From contig JAZTYU010000005.1 in assembly GCA_045637165.1 (NCBI GenBank), forward strand, positions 11,282 through 75,281: DNA of 64,000 nt, in the 5' to 3' direction. The DNA comes from Candidatus Enterousia sp. GTDB lineage: Bacteria; Pseudomonadota; Alphaproteobacteria; Rs-D84. The position numbers were made by a program, and so were the translations under genes. A model generated the notes under the pieces. It was not told the origin of the DNA and ran no database searches. It saw only the letters and a list, made by a program, of their open reading frames with translations. Each line of letters opens with the position of its first letter. The first letter of the stretch is position 1. Positions 1 through 9,669 of this stretch are shown piece by piece.

Positions 1-1
1 A

Positions 2-832
2 CGCATTGCTGATAACCTGGGGGTTGATTTAATGGTTCGTGCCAAACAAAATCCAAACGGATTTATTGATGTTTTTGAACAGATGTCTGAAATGTCAGGT
101 GCGGCAGAATCTAAAATGAATCCAAATCGTGTAAACCACCCACTGACAGGCGAACGACTAAACAATGTTCGCAGTCGCATTTTACAAATCGCCCCCGATT
201 ATAAATCAAATCAGAAAAAACCATTATCCAAAGAATACGAAATGGTTCGTGCAAAATTAGTGGGCTATCTGGATACGCCTGCCCAGGTTCGGAATTTATA
301 TCCGGCGAACGATATGTCTGATTCCGCCATTTATGCACGTGCAATTGCAAATATGCGTGGCGGCAATCTGGACGCTGCACGCACAGGAACATTGACATTG
401 ATATCCCGCAATGCTGAAAATCCATATTTCTATGAATTGCTGGGCGACATTGAATATCAGTTTGGTCATTACGACGACAGTGTGATTGCATATGAAAAAT
501 CACTTTCGCTGTCTGACAATGCCCCCCAGATTGAAACTGCACTTGCATTGGTGCTGACTGAACGTCGGTTGCCTAATGATAACGAACGTGCGATTGAGTT
601 AGCACGTCGTTCATTGCTGTCTGCACCGGCACCATTGACATATTGGGTTATGGCACGTGCCTATGGCGATAATGACGCTGGGCGACACGATTGGGCAATG
701 GCAGAATATTATTTGATGACAGGCGATGTGAAAACTGCGAAAAAATATGCCACCAGTGCCAGAAAAAAACTAAAAAAATCATCCCCAGAATATTTAAAAT
801 CCGGGGATATCCTGTCCAAGACCGACAAATAA
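2..832 (+). CDS. M48-family (BepA/YfgC-like) periplasmic protease, C-terminal TPR portion; 5' end lies outside the window
   Basis: The frame is open from the window edge. TPR-like helical repeats (AIYARAIANMRGGNLDAA, IEYQFGHYDDSVIAYEKSL, MAEYYLMTGDVKTAKKY) resemble the BepA C-terminal domain. The HExxH part is not in the window. Confidence 0.55.
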   Translation, partial: RIADNLGVDLMVRAKQNPNGFIDVFEQMSEMSGAAESKMNPNRVNHPLTGERLNNVRSRILQIAPDYKSNQKKPLSKEYEMVRAKLVGYLDTPAQVRNLYPANDMSDSAIYARAIANMRGGNLDAARTGTLTLISRNAENPYFYELLGDIEYQFGHYDDSVIAYEKSLSLSDNAPQIETALALVLTERRLPNDNERAIELARRSLLSAPAPLTYWVMARAYGDNDAGRHDWAMAEYYLMTGDVKTAKKYATSARKKLKKSSPEYLKSGDILSKTDK

Positions 833-854
833 AAATCCCCAAAACGGGGATTTG

Positions 855-1103
855 TTATTTCTTTTTCTTGGCTGGTGCTTTCTTTGCAGTGGTCTTTTTT
901 GCTGGTGTTGCCTTTACCCCAGATTCATTTTTATATTCTTTGACCAGTGCAACAATGCATGTATATGCCAACAGTGCAGATATCGCAGTGATTAAGCCCG
1001 AAATCAAACCATCTGAAAATACAGCGAACAAGATAATCGCAGCAACCAACACAACGGTATAACCCAAATTTTTTGATAATACGTTTGCTAATTTATTTAA
1101 CAT
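855..1103 (-). CDS. small membrane protein (2 TM) with Lys/Ala-rich C-terminal tail
   Basis: Internal ATG at 1103 is preceded by GGGAG. Hydrophobic core VVLVAAIILFAVF...LITAISALLAYTCIVAL, then tail ATPAKKTTAKKAPAKKKK. The longer 120-aa track ORF has no RBS. Confidence 0.5.
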   Translation of the reverse strand: MLNKLANVLSKNLGYTVVLVAAIILFAVFSDGLISGLITAISALLAYTCIVALVKEYKNESGVKATPAKKTTAKKAPAKKKK

Positions 1104-1167
1104 TTTCTTTCTCCCATTTAATTTTGTTTGGACACCCGTATTATTGCAATGTTTTTTTGTGTGTGCA

Positions 1168-1199
1168 ATAAAAAAACACTGCCCAAACCCACGGCAGTG
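1168..1199 (-). terminator. rho-independent terminator after the 1245..1991 gene
   Basis: Stem CACTGCC/GGCAGTG (1177-1183 / 1193-1199), followed by a T-run on the minus strand. Confidence 0.6.
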
Positions 1200-1244
1200 T
1201 TTCAAAAGGAGAAACATGAAAACTAAAAACTCTGTAATTATGGT

Positions 1245-1991
1245 TTACAGCACCACATATCCGCCCAAGCGTGCCGTCTTTGGGATTGGACCAAAAGATG
1301 AACGTGGACTGACATAAATGTTGCCTGTAATGATAAAATCACCACAGAATTGCAACATATTCACATCACGCAGGAACAAGTTCCCGTTGATACGAATATC
1401 GCATGGCAAAGTGTATTTACGCATGTTCTGCAAATACAGATTACCGTTGACTACTGCACCGTTTTGCAGCATTGCACCTGCACCACGGCTGTCGATAATA
1501 ACATCGCCCCAAAATTGATTGTTTTTTGTTGCTGTCTGCTGTTTTACAATTTGAACTTCTGACTTTTTAACAGGAACAACATTTACCGCAGGGGCTTCTT
1601 TTTTATTTGTCTTAGGGTTTACCTTGATTGGTAAAACAGTATTGCGTTGTGTGATTTCGCTTGGTGCAGTTTTTTCTGTTACTTCAACCTGGGCGGTAAC
1701 AGGAATATCCTTGGCCATAACGACAACGGTCTTTCTGTTGCAGCCGACTACATCAACAATCAGCATAGAAAACAAAACGATGATTGCAACCAACAGTGTT
1801 AAGTTTACTAATCCCACCAGATTTATACGGCACAACCAATTCCATAACCAACGACACAATTTAGCAATTTTGCGAAAAGGCCAGCATATAATATTCCAGA
1901 CCCGTTTCCAGAATTCGTTTCGTTTTGATTTTGTGGCCTTGTTTGTTTTTACACGTTGTGCGGCCGATTGAATCTTTTTCTTGTCTGACAT
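1245..1991 (-). CDS. hypothetical membrane-anchored protein (basic N-terminus, 1 TM, repeat-like C-terminal domain)
   Basis: Long ORF with TM LVGLVNLTLLVAIIVLFSMLIV and recurring NGNL[YF]L motifs in the C-terminus. Start at ATG 1991 (MSDKKK) or 2030. Confidence 0.5.
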   Translation of the reverse strand: MSDKKKIQSAAQRVKTNKATKSKRNEFWKRVWNIICWPFRKIAKLCRWLWNWLCRINLVGLVNLTLLVAIIVLFSMLIVDVVGCNRKTVVVMAKDIPVTAQVEVTEKTAPSEITQRNTVLPIKVNPKTNKKEAPAVNVVPVKKSEVQIVKQQTATKNNQFWGDVIIDSRGAGAMLQNGAVVNGNLYLQNMRKYTLPCDIRINGNLFLRDVNMLQFCGDFIITGNIYVSPRSSFGPIPKTARLGGYVVL

Positions 1992-2114
1992 AATGTCACC
2001 TTTGTATTTGTTTTTCTTTTTATATCCCAAAAATAGTATTTGTCAATACGTTTGTCAAGTCTTTTTGTCAAAAAAAGTTAAATTTGTCAAAAAAACACCC
2101 CGCAGGGCATTTAT

Positions 2115-2561
2115 TTATCTAGTGTTCCAAGTATCAGAGTTTAATATGGTGTGCCACAATGCACAGAATTCATTTTTGAAATTCACATCTTTCTCTGCTT
2201 TGACGTTTTTCCAGTCCACTGTAATTTTTCTTGGGGCAGGTCCATAAATATATTCGATATATCCACATGTTCTGGGCAATAAATCACGGTTCAGTATTAA
2301 ATCCAAATCAACTTTTTCACACATCGTATTCTTATTTTTTAGACGGTCTTTGTATATTTTACAACGTTTAGTTTTTATGTCTAAACCGTTGCAGCAGGCA
2401 CGTGCATAAAATACCCTTGGTGCCCCTGGTTCGATTTCCAACTCTATCTTGCACAGACAGCATATTCCGCACCCCTTACACAGATTATCCCACTGTTCTG
2501 GGGTCATTTTTTTCATTTCGTTTACGCGTTTTTGTTGTTCGTCGGTTAAAATCCTAATCAT
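2115..2561 (-). CDS. YcgN/YkgJ-type cysteine-cluster protein (UPF0260)
   Basis: WDNLCKGCGICCLCK ... ACCNGLDIKTKRCKIYKDR ... LPRTCGY matches the YcgN Cys pattern. AGGA RBS upstream. Confidence 0.7.
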   Translation of the reverse strand: MIRILTDEQQKRVNEMKKMTPEQWDNLCKGCGICCLCKIELEIEPGAPRVFYARACCNGLDIKTKRCKIYKDRLKNKNTMCEKVDLDLILNRDLLPRTCGYIEYIYGPAPRKITVDWKNVKAEKDVNFKNEFCALWHTILNSDTWNTR

Positions 2562-2643
2562 CTTTATGTTCCTAATTATATATCAAAACATAAATATCAC
2601 ATAAAACCAATTTGTCAATATTTTTATTCTTTGACATATTTGT

Positions 2644-3396
2644 ATGAAATATATAATATTTAAATATTCGATGAAGGGAATACTTGCATTATTTTTGATT
2701 GTCTTGGGGGCATGCAGCCAAACGTGGCATGCACCTGTTGACTTTATTTCTGTGCCGATAAAATCCGGCGATTACCAAATTGCAACATATCAGCGTTTTG
2801 GCGACCCGGCTTCGCCAATACATATTTATATCGAAGGCGATGGAAATTCATTTGATGCCCGTGGTTGGCCAACTGATGACCCGACGCCGCATGGCACATT
2901 TTTGCGGGATCTGGCAGTGGCAGATACAAATCCAAATGTTGTTTACATGGGGCGACCCTGTCAATATATCAAGACGCCAAATTGTTCACGCACTGATTGG
3001 GGAACTGGGCGTTTTTCCGAAAAAATCATCAATTCTATGTCTGGTGCGGTATCGCAAATTGCAAAAGACAGACCTGTTGTTTTAATTGGCTATTCTGGTG
3101 GTGCAATGGTTTCTGGACTGATTCTGGAACGAAAACCCGAACTAAATGTCCAAAAATGGATAACCATTGCTGGTGTTTTGAATCATGGCGATTGGACAAG
3201 TTTTTTTGGTGATGTTCCTTTGTCTGGCTCGCTTGACCTGAACGCATTGCCGCAAGTTTCCCAGGTTCATTTTATTGCCCCTCGTGATAAAGTTGTTCCA
3301 AACGAACTGTCATACAAATGGCTGGCGGATAAAGAACTAGTTGTTGTGTCCGGTGCTACCCACAACAAATTCCCAACATCAGAAATTGTATTTTAG
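2644..3396 (+). CDS. alpha/beta-hydrolase-fold lipoprotein
   Basis: Lipobox LIVLGAC. Nucleophile-elbow-like GYSGG in VVLIGYSGGAMVSG. Confidence 0.55.
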   Translation: MKYIIFKYSMKGILALFLIVLGACSQTWHAPVDFISVPIKSGDYQIATYQRFGDPASPIHIYIEGDGNSFDARGWPTDDPTPHGTFLRDLAVADTNPNVVYMGRPCQYIKTPNCSRTDWGTGRFSEKIINSMSGAVSQIAKDRPVVLIGYSGGAMVSGLILERKPELNVQKWITIAGVLNHGDWTSFFGDVPLSGSLDLNALPQVSQVHFIAPRDKVVPNELSYKWLADKELVVVSGATHNKFPTSEIVF

Positions 3397-3399
3397 GTA

Positions 3400-3427
3400 T
3401 TGACAAAATAAAAATATGTCCTATAAT
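3400..3427 (+). promoter_or_regulatory. consensus sigma-70 promoter TTGACA-N16-TATAAT, 7 nt upstream of the GNAT ATG (leaderless candidate)
   Basis: TTGACA at 3400-3405, TATAAT at 3422-3427, ATG at 3435. No SD in between. Confidence 0.6.
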
Positions 3428-3434
3428 ATAATGT

Positions 3435-4190
3435 ATGAAAGAAGTGAAAATAATACCCATTTTTAATCAAACAAATCCCAGAAACTGGGATAGTTTTGTT
3501 GACTTGCGTAAAAACGCCATGCGAACAACCTGTAATCATAATATGAGTGAACAGGAAATCGCCAACGCATTCCAAGAATTACAATCGTCCTGGGGCCGTT
3601 TGAAGCATAATTTTGCGTTTGCTGCCTATGATGGTGAACGTATGGTTGGCTGTATTCATGGCGATTGTCAGAATCGAACAGCATTTATCCGACATTTATA
3701 TGTTGCCCCAGAATATCAGCATCAGGGTATTGGTTGTAGCCTGCTTTCCGCTGCGGAACATTCATCAGCACTGGTTGCCACAAAGGCAGACATTGTTGCA
3801 TTGCCAAACGCTGAAAAGTTTTACCAACGCTATGGTTATACTTCACCCTTGAAAACGAACAATTATTTCAAAGATATCAGGGGGAAAATGGCTTGCAGTG
3901 TTGTGCCATTGTTCAGTTGTTCGCCATCACTTGCGAAACAATTGGTAAAAATTTCGTATGAATTCAAACCTGAATATATAAATCAAGGGCATTATCCAGC
4001 ATTTGTGTATTACGATTACAAAATGCAGATTGGTGGATTTGGTTTTTCTGGACCTGATGTTAGTCTGGATACCCCACGTATCTTTGGTCGAACATCATCG
4101 ACTGACGATTGGGGACGACACTGCGTGGACAAGGCGTTCAAAAACTTATCGACCCAGATAAAATGCCTGTCTGACCAGAAAACACGCTAG
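3435..4190 (+). CDS. GNAT-family N-acetyltransferase with ~100-aa C-terminal extension
   Basis: Acetyl-CoA motif YVAPEYQHQGIGCSLLSAAE, then EKFYQRYGY. Confidence 0.7.
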   Translation: MKEVKIIPIFNQTNPRNWDSFVDLRKNAMRTTCNHNMSEQEIANAFQELQSSWGRLKHNFAFAAYDGERMVGCIHGDCQNRTAFIRHLYVAPEYQHQGIGCSLLSAAEHSSALVATKADIVALPNAEKFYQRYGYTSPLKTNNYFKDIRGKMACSVVPLFSCSPSLAKQLVKISYEFKPEYINQGHYPAFVYYDYKMQIGGFGFSGPDVSLDTPRIFGRTSSTDDWGRHCVDKAFKNLSTQIKCLSDQKTR

Positions 4191-4296
4191 GATTTTAATC
4201 ACTTTTTTTTCGTGGTTTTACTTGTGATTTCTTGACAGTTTGGCACCGATTTGCTAGGCTTACCACTGTAAAAATAACAATACGGTGGATAAAGTT

Positions 4297-5400
4297 ATGA
4301 AAAAACCGATAATAAATGTAATTGAAATTGACGGACGTGACGCCCGTTTTCAAACTGGAATTGGTCGCTATTTTGATGTTTTGGCGACTCAAATGCCCGA
4401 CCATATCAAGACAACCCGTATAATATTTTATTGGTCGCCTGAGTATAATGAAATTCACATTACCCAGACAGACGATGAAATATCTGTTCGTCATCCTGTT
4501 GGCTATCCTGCCCAGATTTTATTTGATGCTGTGATTGCTTTTGCGGGCAACCGGATTTCTCAGATGCAGAATTTGATTATAAAATCTAACTGTCTGGGAT
4601 ATGAAAATCTGGCGTATATGTTGCGTTCACGTTTTTATGCCAAGACGATTGGCATCTTGCATTGCTTGCCACATCGTTCAATGGGCAACCAAGGGCGTTT
4701 TCCACCCCACAATCCGTTCTTTAATATGGACCATGTGATTTTAGTATGCGACCATGGCACAGAATTTTTAAAGGGGGTCAACAATAACCGACCATATTCT
4801 GTGATTTACAATGGAATTGAAACGCCAAAAATTATGTCGAAAAAGCCAAACGATGGCGTATTCCGCTTTATTTTTGCCAACGGTTGGGCCAAGCACAAGG
4901 GGATTGAGCGCATAATTCCTGCTATCAAGACAGTTGCCAAAAAGCACAAAATAGAAGTAATGGTAATTGGTGGCTTTGACCCCAAGAATGAGGTTTTTGA
5001 ACAAATCAAAGACCTGCCAATAACCAGGGTCGGTCTGCTTGATAATCCAAATGATATTGGGAAATATTATGAAATGGCGGACTGTGCCTTGTTTGCATCG
5101 TATTCCGAGGCGTGTTCTTTTGCCGGTATCGAGGCGATGGCATACAATCTGCCTGTAATCAGCAGTGATGCAGCGGGTATGGTTGAAATGTTTGGCCGTG
5201 CGGCATTGATTGTAAAAAGTGATGGCGACGGAAAACTAGACACTGATGATTTTGCCAAACAAATGTGTCGTGTAATCGAAAGCGGTTCATTGCGTATGCG
5301 TTTGGGGATGATGTCTTATGGTCGCTACAAAGAACGCTATACCGCAAAAAAAATGGCCAAGGATACAATCAAGTTATATGAAAATCTGCTTAAACATTAA
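4297..5400 (+). CDS. glycosyltransferase family 4 (GT-B, RfaG-like)
   Basis: C-terminal GT1/GT4 signature FASYSEACSFAGIEAMAYNLPVISSDAAGMVE. An alternative GTG start lies at 4285. Confidence 0.75.
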   Translation: MKKPIINVIEIDGRDARFQTGIGRYFDVLATQMPDHIKTTRIIFYWSPEYNEIHITQTDDEISVRHPVGYPAQILFDAVIAFAGNRISQMQNLIIKSNCLGYENLAYMLRSRFYAKTIGILHCLPHRSMGNQGRFPPHNPFFNMDHVILVCDHGTEFLKGVNNNRPYSVIYNGIETPKIMSKKPNDGVFRFIFANGWAKHKGIERIIPAIKTVAKKHKIEVMVIGGFDPKNEVFEQIKDLPITRVGLLDNPNDIGKYYEMADCALFASYSEACSFAGIEAMAYNLPVISSDAAGMVEMFGRAALIVKSDGDGKLDTDDFAKQMCRVIESGSLRMRLGMMSYGRYKERYTAKKMAKDTIKLYENLLKH

Positions 5401-5404
5401 AAAC

Positions 5405-5432
5405 AAAAAAGCCCCCATTTCAGGGGGCTTTT
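5405..5432. terminator. bidirectional intrinsic terminator (GT4 gene / groEL)
   Basis: AAAAAA-GCCCCC-loop-GGGGGC-TTTT. Confidence 0.75.
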
Positions 5433-5448
5433 AATTGGTTTGTGTTAT

Positions 5449-7068
5449 TTACATCATTCCTGGCATGCCTCCACCCATTTGTGGGGCAGCTGTTTTTTCT
5501 TCTGGAATTTCTGTCATAACAGCCCCGGTGGTCAGCATAACACCTGCGGTGCTGGCCGCTGCTGCGATTGCTGTTTTTACAACTTTTGCTGGGTCAATAA
5601 TACCTGCGGCCATCATATCGACATATTCGCCTGTCTGGGCGTTATATCCAAAGTTATAATCTGTTGCTTCCATAACCTTGCCAACAACAATTTCGCCCGA
5701 TACGCCTGCGTTTTCTGCAATCTGTGAACATGGGGCAATAATAGCACGACGAACAATATCAATACCAACATCTTGGTCAGCGTTTGCTCCACGGACATTT
5801 GCCAGTGCTGCTACTGCACGCACCAGTGCAATACCGCCACCTGCGACAATTCCATCTTCGACGGCGGCACGTGTTGCAGCCAACGCATCGTCAACACGGT
5901 CTTTCTTTTCTTTTACTTCAACTTCGGTCATACCACCAACTTTGATAACAGCGACCCCGCCGACCAATTTTGCCAATCGTTCTGACAGTTTTTCACGGTC
6001 ATATTCGCTTGTTGATGCGGCAATGGCCACCCGGATTTCATCAGCACGCTTGGTAATAGCAGACTTTTCGCCACCACCGTGTGCCAACAGGGTTGAATCT
6101 TTGGACACAACAACCTTTTTTGCACTGCCCAAGACCGCTGGGGTAATATTTTCAAATGTCATGCCCATATCATCACTGATAACTGTTGCACCTGTGACGA
6201 TTGCGATATCTTTTAACATTTCTTTGCGTCTGTCGCCAAAGCCTGGGGCCTTGACCGCACAAACCTTTAATCCGCCACGCAAACGGTTCAGAACAAGTGT
6301 TGCCAACGCTTCGGATTCAACATCTTCGGCAATAATCAACAACGGTTTGCCGGATTGTGCGATTGGTTCCAGTATAGGCAACAATGCCTGCAATCCTGTG
6401 ATTTTCTTTTCAGAAACCAAGATTTGTGCACCATCCAATTCTGCCAACATTTTTTCGCTGTTTGTCACAAAGTATGGCGACATAAATCCCTGGTCGAACT
6501 GCATACCTTCGACGACATCAATTTCTGTATCCAGTCCCTTGGCTTCTTCGACAGTGATAACACCTTCTTTGCCGACACGTTCCATTGCGTTTGCGATTTT
6601 TTCGCCGATATCACGGTCGCTATTTGCAGAAATTGTTGCCACCTGTGCGATTTCTGCACTGTCCTTGACTGGGCGGGCGTGCTTTTCAATGTCGCTTATA
6701 ACCGCCTCTGTTGCCAGGTCAATACCACGTTTTACATCCATTGGATTCATGCCGGCTGCAATCACACGACGCCCTTCACGAATCAATTTTTGTGCCAATA
6801 CTGTTGCGGTTGTTGTGCCGTCGCCTGCATCATCGCCTGCCTTTTTAGCAACTTCTTGCACCATACGTGCCCCAATATTTTCAGCAGGGTCTTTCAAAGA
6901 CACGGCCTTGGCAACGGTGACGCCGTCTTTTGTAGCAACGGGTGCCCCGTATGATTTTTCAATAACAACTGTCCGTCCTTTTGGACCCATAGTAATTTTT
7001 ACAGCGTCTGCCAGTTTATCGACACCAGCAGCCATTTTATCTGTGTTGAAAACAATATCTTTTGCCAT
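5449..7068 (-). CDS. groL: chaperonin GroEL (60 kDa)
   Basis: Full-length match to GroEL hallmarks ([24 protein letters not shown]-terminal GGM repeat MGGGMPGMM). Confidence 0.98.
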   Translation of the reverse strand: MAKDIVFNTDKMAAGVDKLADAVKITMGPKGRTVVIEKSYGAPVATKDGVTVAKAVSLKDPAENIGARMVQEVAKKAGDDAGDGTTTATVLAQKLIREGRRVIAAGMNPMDVKRGIDLATEAVISDIEKHARPVKDSAEIAQVATISANSDRDIGEKIANAMERVGKEGVITVEEAKGLDTEIDVVEGMQFDQGFMSPYFVTNSEKMLAELDGAQILVSEKKITGLQALLPILEPIAQSGKPLLIIAEDVESEALATLVLNRLRGGLKVCAVKAPGFGDRRKEMLKDIAIVTGATVISDDMGMTFENITPAVLGSAKKVVVSKDSTLLAHGGGEKSAITKRADEIRVAIAASTSEYDREKLSERLAKLVGGVAVIKVGGMTEVEVKEKKDRVDDALAATRAAVEDGIVAGGGIALVRAVAALANVRGANADQDVGIDIVRRAIIAPCSQIAENAGVSGEIVVGKVMEATDYNFGYNAQTGEYVDMMAAGIIDPAKVVKTAIAAAASTAGVMLTTGAVMTEIPEEKTAAPQMGGGMPGMM

Positions 7069-7083
7069 AGTTGCAATCCTTTC

Positions 7084-7371
7084 TTATTCGATAATTCCTA
7101 AAATATCAGTTTCTTTGACCAAGACATAATCTTTGCCGTCTAATTTAATTTCGTTTGCAGATGGTGCCCATTTTGCAAACAAGACGACGTCATTTTCTTT
7201 GACTGTCATTGGTGTTCGTTTGTCTTCATTGACCAGACCTTCGCCCACGGCAACGACACGTGCCCGTGATGGCTTTTCTTTTGCATTATCAGGGATAATA
7301 ATTCCACCTGCTGTGATATTTTCTTCTTCGATTCTTTCCAGTAAAACATAATTATGCAAAGGCTTAAACAT
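7084..7371 (-). CDS. groS: co-chaperonin GroES
   Basis: 95 aa, MFKPLHNYVLLERIEEE...GGIIIPD. Lies 15 nt upstream of groEL. Confidence 0.97.
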   Translation of the reverse strand: MFKPLHNYVLLERIEEENITAGGIIIPDNAKEKPSRARVVAVGEGLVNEDKRTPMTVKENDVVLFAKWAPSANEIKLDGKDYVLVKETDILGIIE

Positions 7372-7407
7372 AAATAAATCTCCTTTGATTTAAACCACGT
7401 AAGATTG

Positions 7408-7435
7408 ATATAGTCTGAATTTTATTGATTTCAAG
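7408..7435 (-). promoter_or_regulatory. sigma-32 (RpoH)-type heat-shock promoter of groESL
   Basis: On the minus strand: CTTGAA-N16-CTATAT, close to the alphaproteobacterial RpoH consensus. No CIRCE inverted repeat is present. Confidence 0.55.
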
Positions 7436-7482
7436 TCCATATTTTAATATGCTAAATCTGAAACACAAGGGGAATAAAAACA

Positions 7483-7863
7483 ATGTATGATAATAATAAT
7501 GTATTTGCGAAAATGGTTCGTGGCGAAATTCCAACGACCAAGGTTTATGAAAACAACTTTGCGATGTCATTTCATGATATAAATCCGATGTTCCAGACCC
7601 ACGTTTTGGTTATCCCCAAGGGACCATATAAAAATATCCTAGACTTTACCAAAAACGCAACCCCAGCGGAACAGGCAGGATTCTGGGAATGTTTTTCCAA
7701 AACCGCTGACCAGTTGGGTATAAAATGCGAATTTAATTGCTTGGCAAACGCTGGGGCAGATGCACCATTTGTAAAGCAGTCTGTATTTCATTTTCATCTA
7801 CACTTGGTTGCCGGTGCTAAAACCCAGGCGTTTAACAATTTAATGTCGGAAATCAGTCGATGA
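7483..7863 (+). CDS. HIT-family nucleotide hydrolase (HinT-like)
   Basis: Histidine triad HFHLHLV. 126 aa. Confidence 0.85.
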   Translation: MYDNNNVFAKMVRGEIPTTKVYENNFAMSFHDINPMFQTHVLVIPKGPYKNILDFTKNATPAEQAGFWECFSKTADQLGIKCEFNCLANAGADAPFVKQSVFHFHLHLVAGAKTQAFNNLMSEISR

Positions 7864-8078
7864 CCAGAATATCTGTTCGTGTTATTCCACGTGCCAAACT
7901 AAATCAGGTGATTGTTCAACCTGATGGCACGGTGCGTGTGCATACCACCACCGCCCCCACAGACGGCAAGGCAACAGCAGACGTAATAAAAATGCTGGCA
8001 GAACACTATAATGTTCCAAAAACCAGCATTAAACTTGTTCGTGGTGCCACATCCCGTGACAAGGTTTTTGAATTTTAG
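7860..8078 (+). CDS. DUF167 (YggU-like) protein
   Basis: 72 aa with a 4-nt ATGA overlap with the HIT gene. ISVRVIPRAK...V.V.TTAPTDGKATADVIKMLA pattern. Confidence 0.7.
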   Translation: MTRISVRVIPRAKLNQVIVQPDGTVRVHTTTAPTDGKATADVIKMLAEHYNVPKTSIKLVRGATSRDKVFEF

Positions 8079-8626
8079 TATTTCAAAACCTGCTTTTTCA
8101 ATTCCGCCACAGTTTCTGCGTGAAAAATATTGTAATTATCTGTTTTTACAATAAAACCATTCTTTTTCATATGTTTCATCAAGCGGGTCAATTGATTCCA
8201 AAAACCGTTAGTATTTAGAAAGAACAGCGGTTTATTCGTTTCGCCAATCTGTTGCATTGTCAAGATATCTGTCAGTTCATTCAGCGTTCCGATTCCACCT
8301 GGTAAAATGATAAAGGCATCAGATTCATCAAACATAATTTGTTTACGTTCATTTACACCATCAACAACGTGAACGTCAATTTCGTCATGGGTAGGTTCCT
8401 GCATAGCGATAACATCGTCAGTTGAAACACCTATTACTTCGCCGCCATTTTTTAATGCTGCCGTCGCAACTGTTCCCATCAGACCCACGTCGCCCCCACC
8501 AAATACCATACGAATGCCATTTTTTGCCAGCATTCGTCCAACCGCCGCCGCATCACGTTTGAATTGTGGGTCCGAACCAAATTGATGACCGCAATATACG
8601 GCGATTGATTTTAAATTCCCTGCCAT
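8075..8626 (-). CDS. LOG-family (TIGR00730) nucleotide phosphoribohydrolase
   Basis: PGGIGTLNEL (PGGxGTxxE) and GGGDVGLMG motifs. Confidence 0.85.
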   Translation of the reverse strand: MAGNLKSIAVYCGHQFGSDPQFKRDAAAVGRMLAKNGIRMVFGGGDVGLMGTVATAALKNGGEVIGVSTDDVIAMQEPTHDEIDVHVVDGVNERKQIMFDESDAFIILPGGIGTLNELTDILTMQQIGETNKPLFFLNTNGFWNQLTRLMKHMKKNGFIVKTDNYNIFHAETVAELKKQVLKY

Positions 8627-8673
8627 TTCTTTTTCCTTTATTTTTGCAAATTATATCATATCATACACGGATA

Positions 8674-9669
8674 ATGAACGAAAAGTTTTTGGATTATGTT
8701 CGCAAATATTCTGGCCAGCACATTGCAGTTGCGGTCAGTGGCGGTGTTGATTCCGTATGTCTGTTGCATTGGTTGGCTGGGGTAAAAATGAACATCACCG
8801 CATTGCACGTCAATCATCACCTGCGTCCGTCTGCCGATGCCGAAGCCGCCTATGTTGCCACACTGTGCCAAGAACTGGGAATTGATTTTTGTGGTTTTGA
8901 TTGGCTGGGGGACAAGCCTGAATCTGGCTTAGAAGCCGCCGCCCGCAATGCCCGCTATCAGTTTATGACCGATTGGTGTCATGCAAATGGTGTGAATGTT
9001 TTGATGGTTGCACACCAGGCAGATGACCAAATTGAAACATTTTTAATGAATCTTGCCCGGGGTAGTGGGATTGATGGCCTGTCTGCGATGCGTCGTGAAT
9101 CTTGTCGTGATGGGATTTTAATTGTCCGACCGTTGTTGAGTGTGTTTAGGTCTGAATTGATTGAATATTGCGACAGTAATCGGATTAAATATTTTTCTGA
9201 TGAAATGAATTTTGATGATAAATACACACGTGTAAAAATCCGTCAAAATCGTCATTTGCTGTCTGAAAAACTGGGGATTAGTGATAATCGAATTTTGCTG
9301 GCAATTGATAATCTGTCCCGTGCCCGTGACGTGTTGGAATCAGACATCGACACACGTGTTCGCAGTGTTTTATATGATAACTATGCATTATTCCCAGATT
9401 CTTTTCTATTTGACGTGCCGCCCCATATTGGTTTAAAGTGCCTGGGAACGTTGATTAAAACCATCGGGGGGGGATTATATCAGCCACGCTTGAATTCGTT
9501 AAACTTTGCACTAAGTAAATTGAACAAAAACTGTAAATTTACATTGGGACATTGCACGATTCGGCGGCATAACGACCATATTTTGATTGTTCCCGAAGGC
9601 GAAAAAACAAGTATCAGGAAGAAAAATGAAAAAATTAAAAGACTTCAAAAACAGCAAAAAAAACAATAA
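8674..9669 (+). CDS. tilS: tRNA(Ile)-lysidine synthetase
   Basis: PP-loop VAVSGGVDS. Conserved tilS-ftsH synteny. ATG 8674 chosen because the upstream part of the track ORF overlaps the LOG gene. Confidence 0.9.
   Translation: MNEKFLDYVRKYSGQHIAVAVSGGVDSVCLLHWLAGVKMNITALHVNHHLRPSADAEAAYVATLCQELGIDFCGFDWLGDKPESGLEAAARNARYQFMTDWCHANGVNVLMVAHQADDQIETFLMNLARGSGIDGLSAMRRESCRDGILIVRPLLSVFRSELIEYCDSNRIKYFSDEMNFDDKYTRVKIRQNRHLLSEKLGISDNRILLAIDNLSRARDVLESDIDTRVRSVLYDNYALFPDSFLFDVPPHIGLKCLGTLIKTIGGGLYQPRLNSLNFALSKLNKNCKFTLGHCTIRRHNDHILIVPEGEKTSIRKKNEKIKRLQKQQKKQ

Noticed and set aside
4285-4293. DnaA-box-like TTATCCACC (reverse strand)
   Set aside because: It is a single copy with one mismatch, it lies at a gene start, and there are no clustered boxes or an AT-rich unwinding element. 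This is not an origin.
5678-7129. 483-aa ORF on the plus strand (Ser/Ala/Thr/Pro/Ile-rich)
   Set aside because: It lies entirely antisense to groEL. Its low-complexity composition mirrors groEL codon usage, it has no RBS, and long antisense ORFs in GC-3-biased chaperonin genes are a known artefact.
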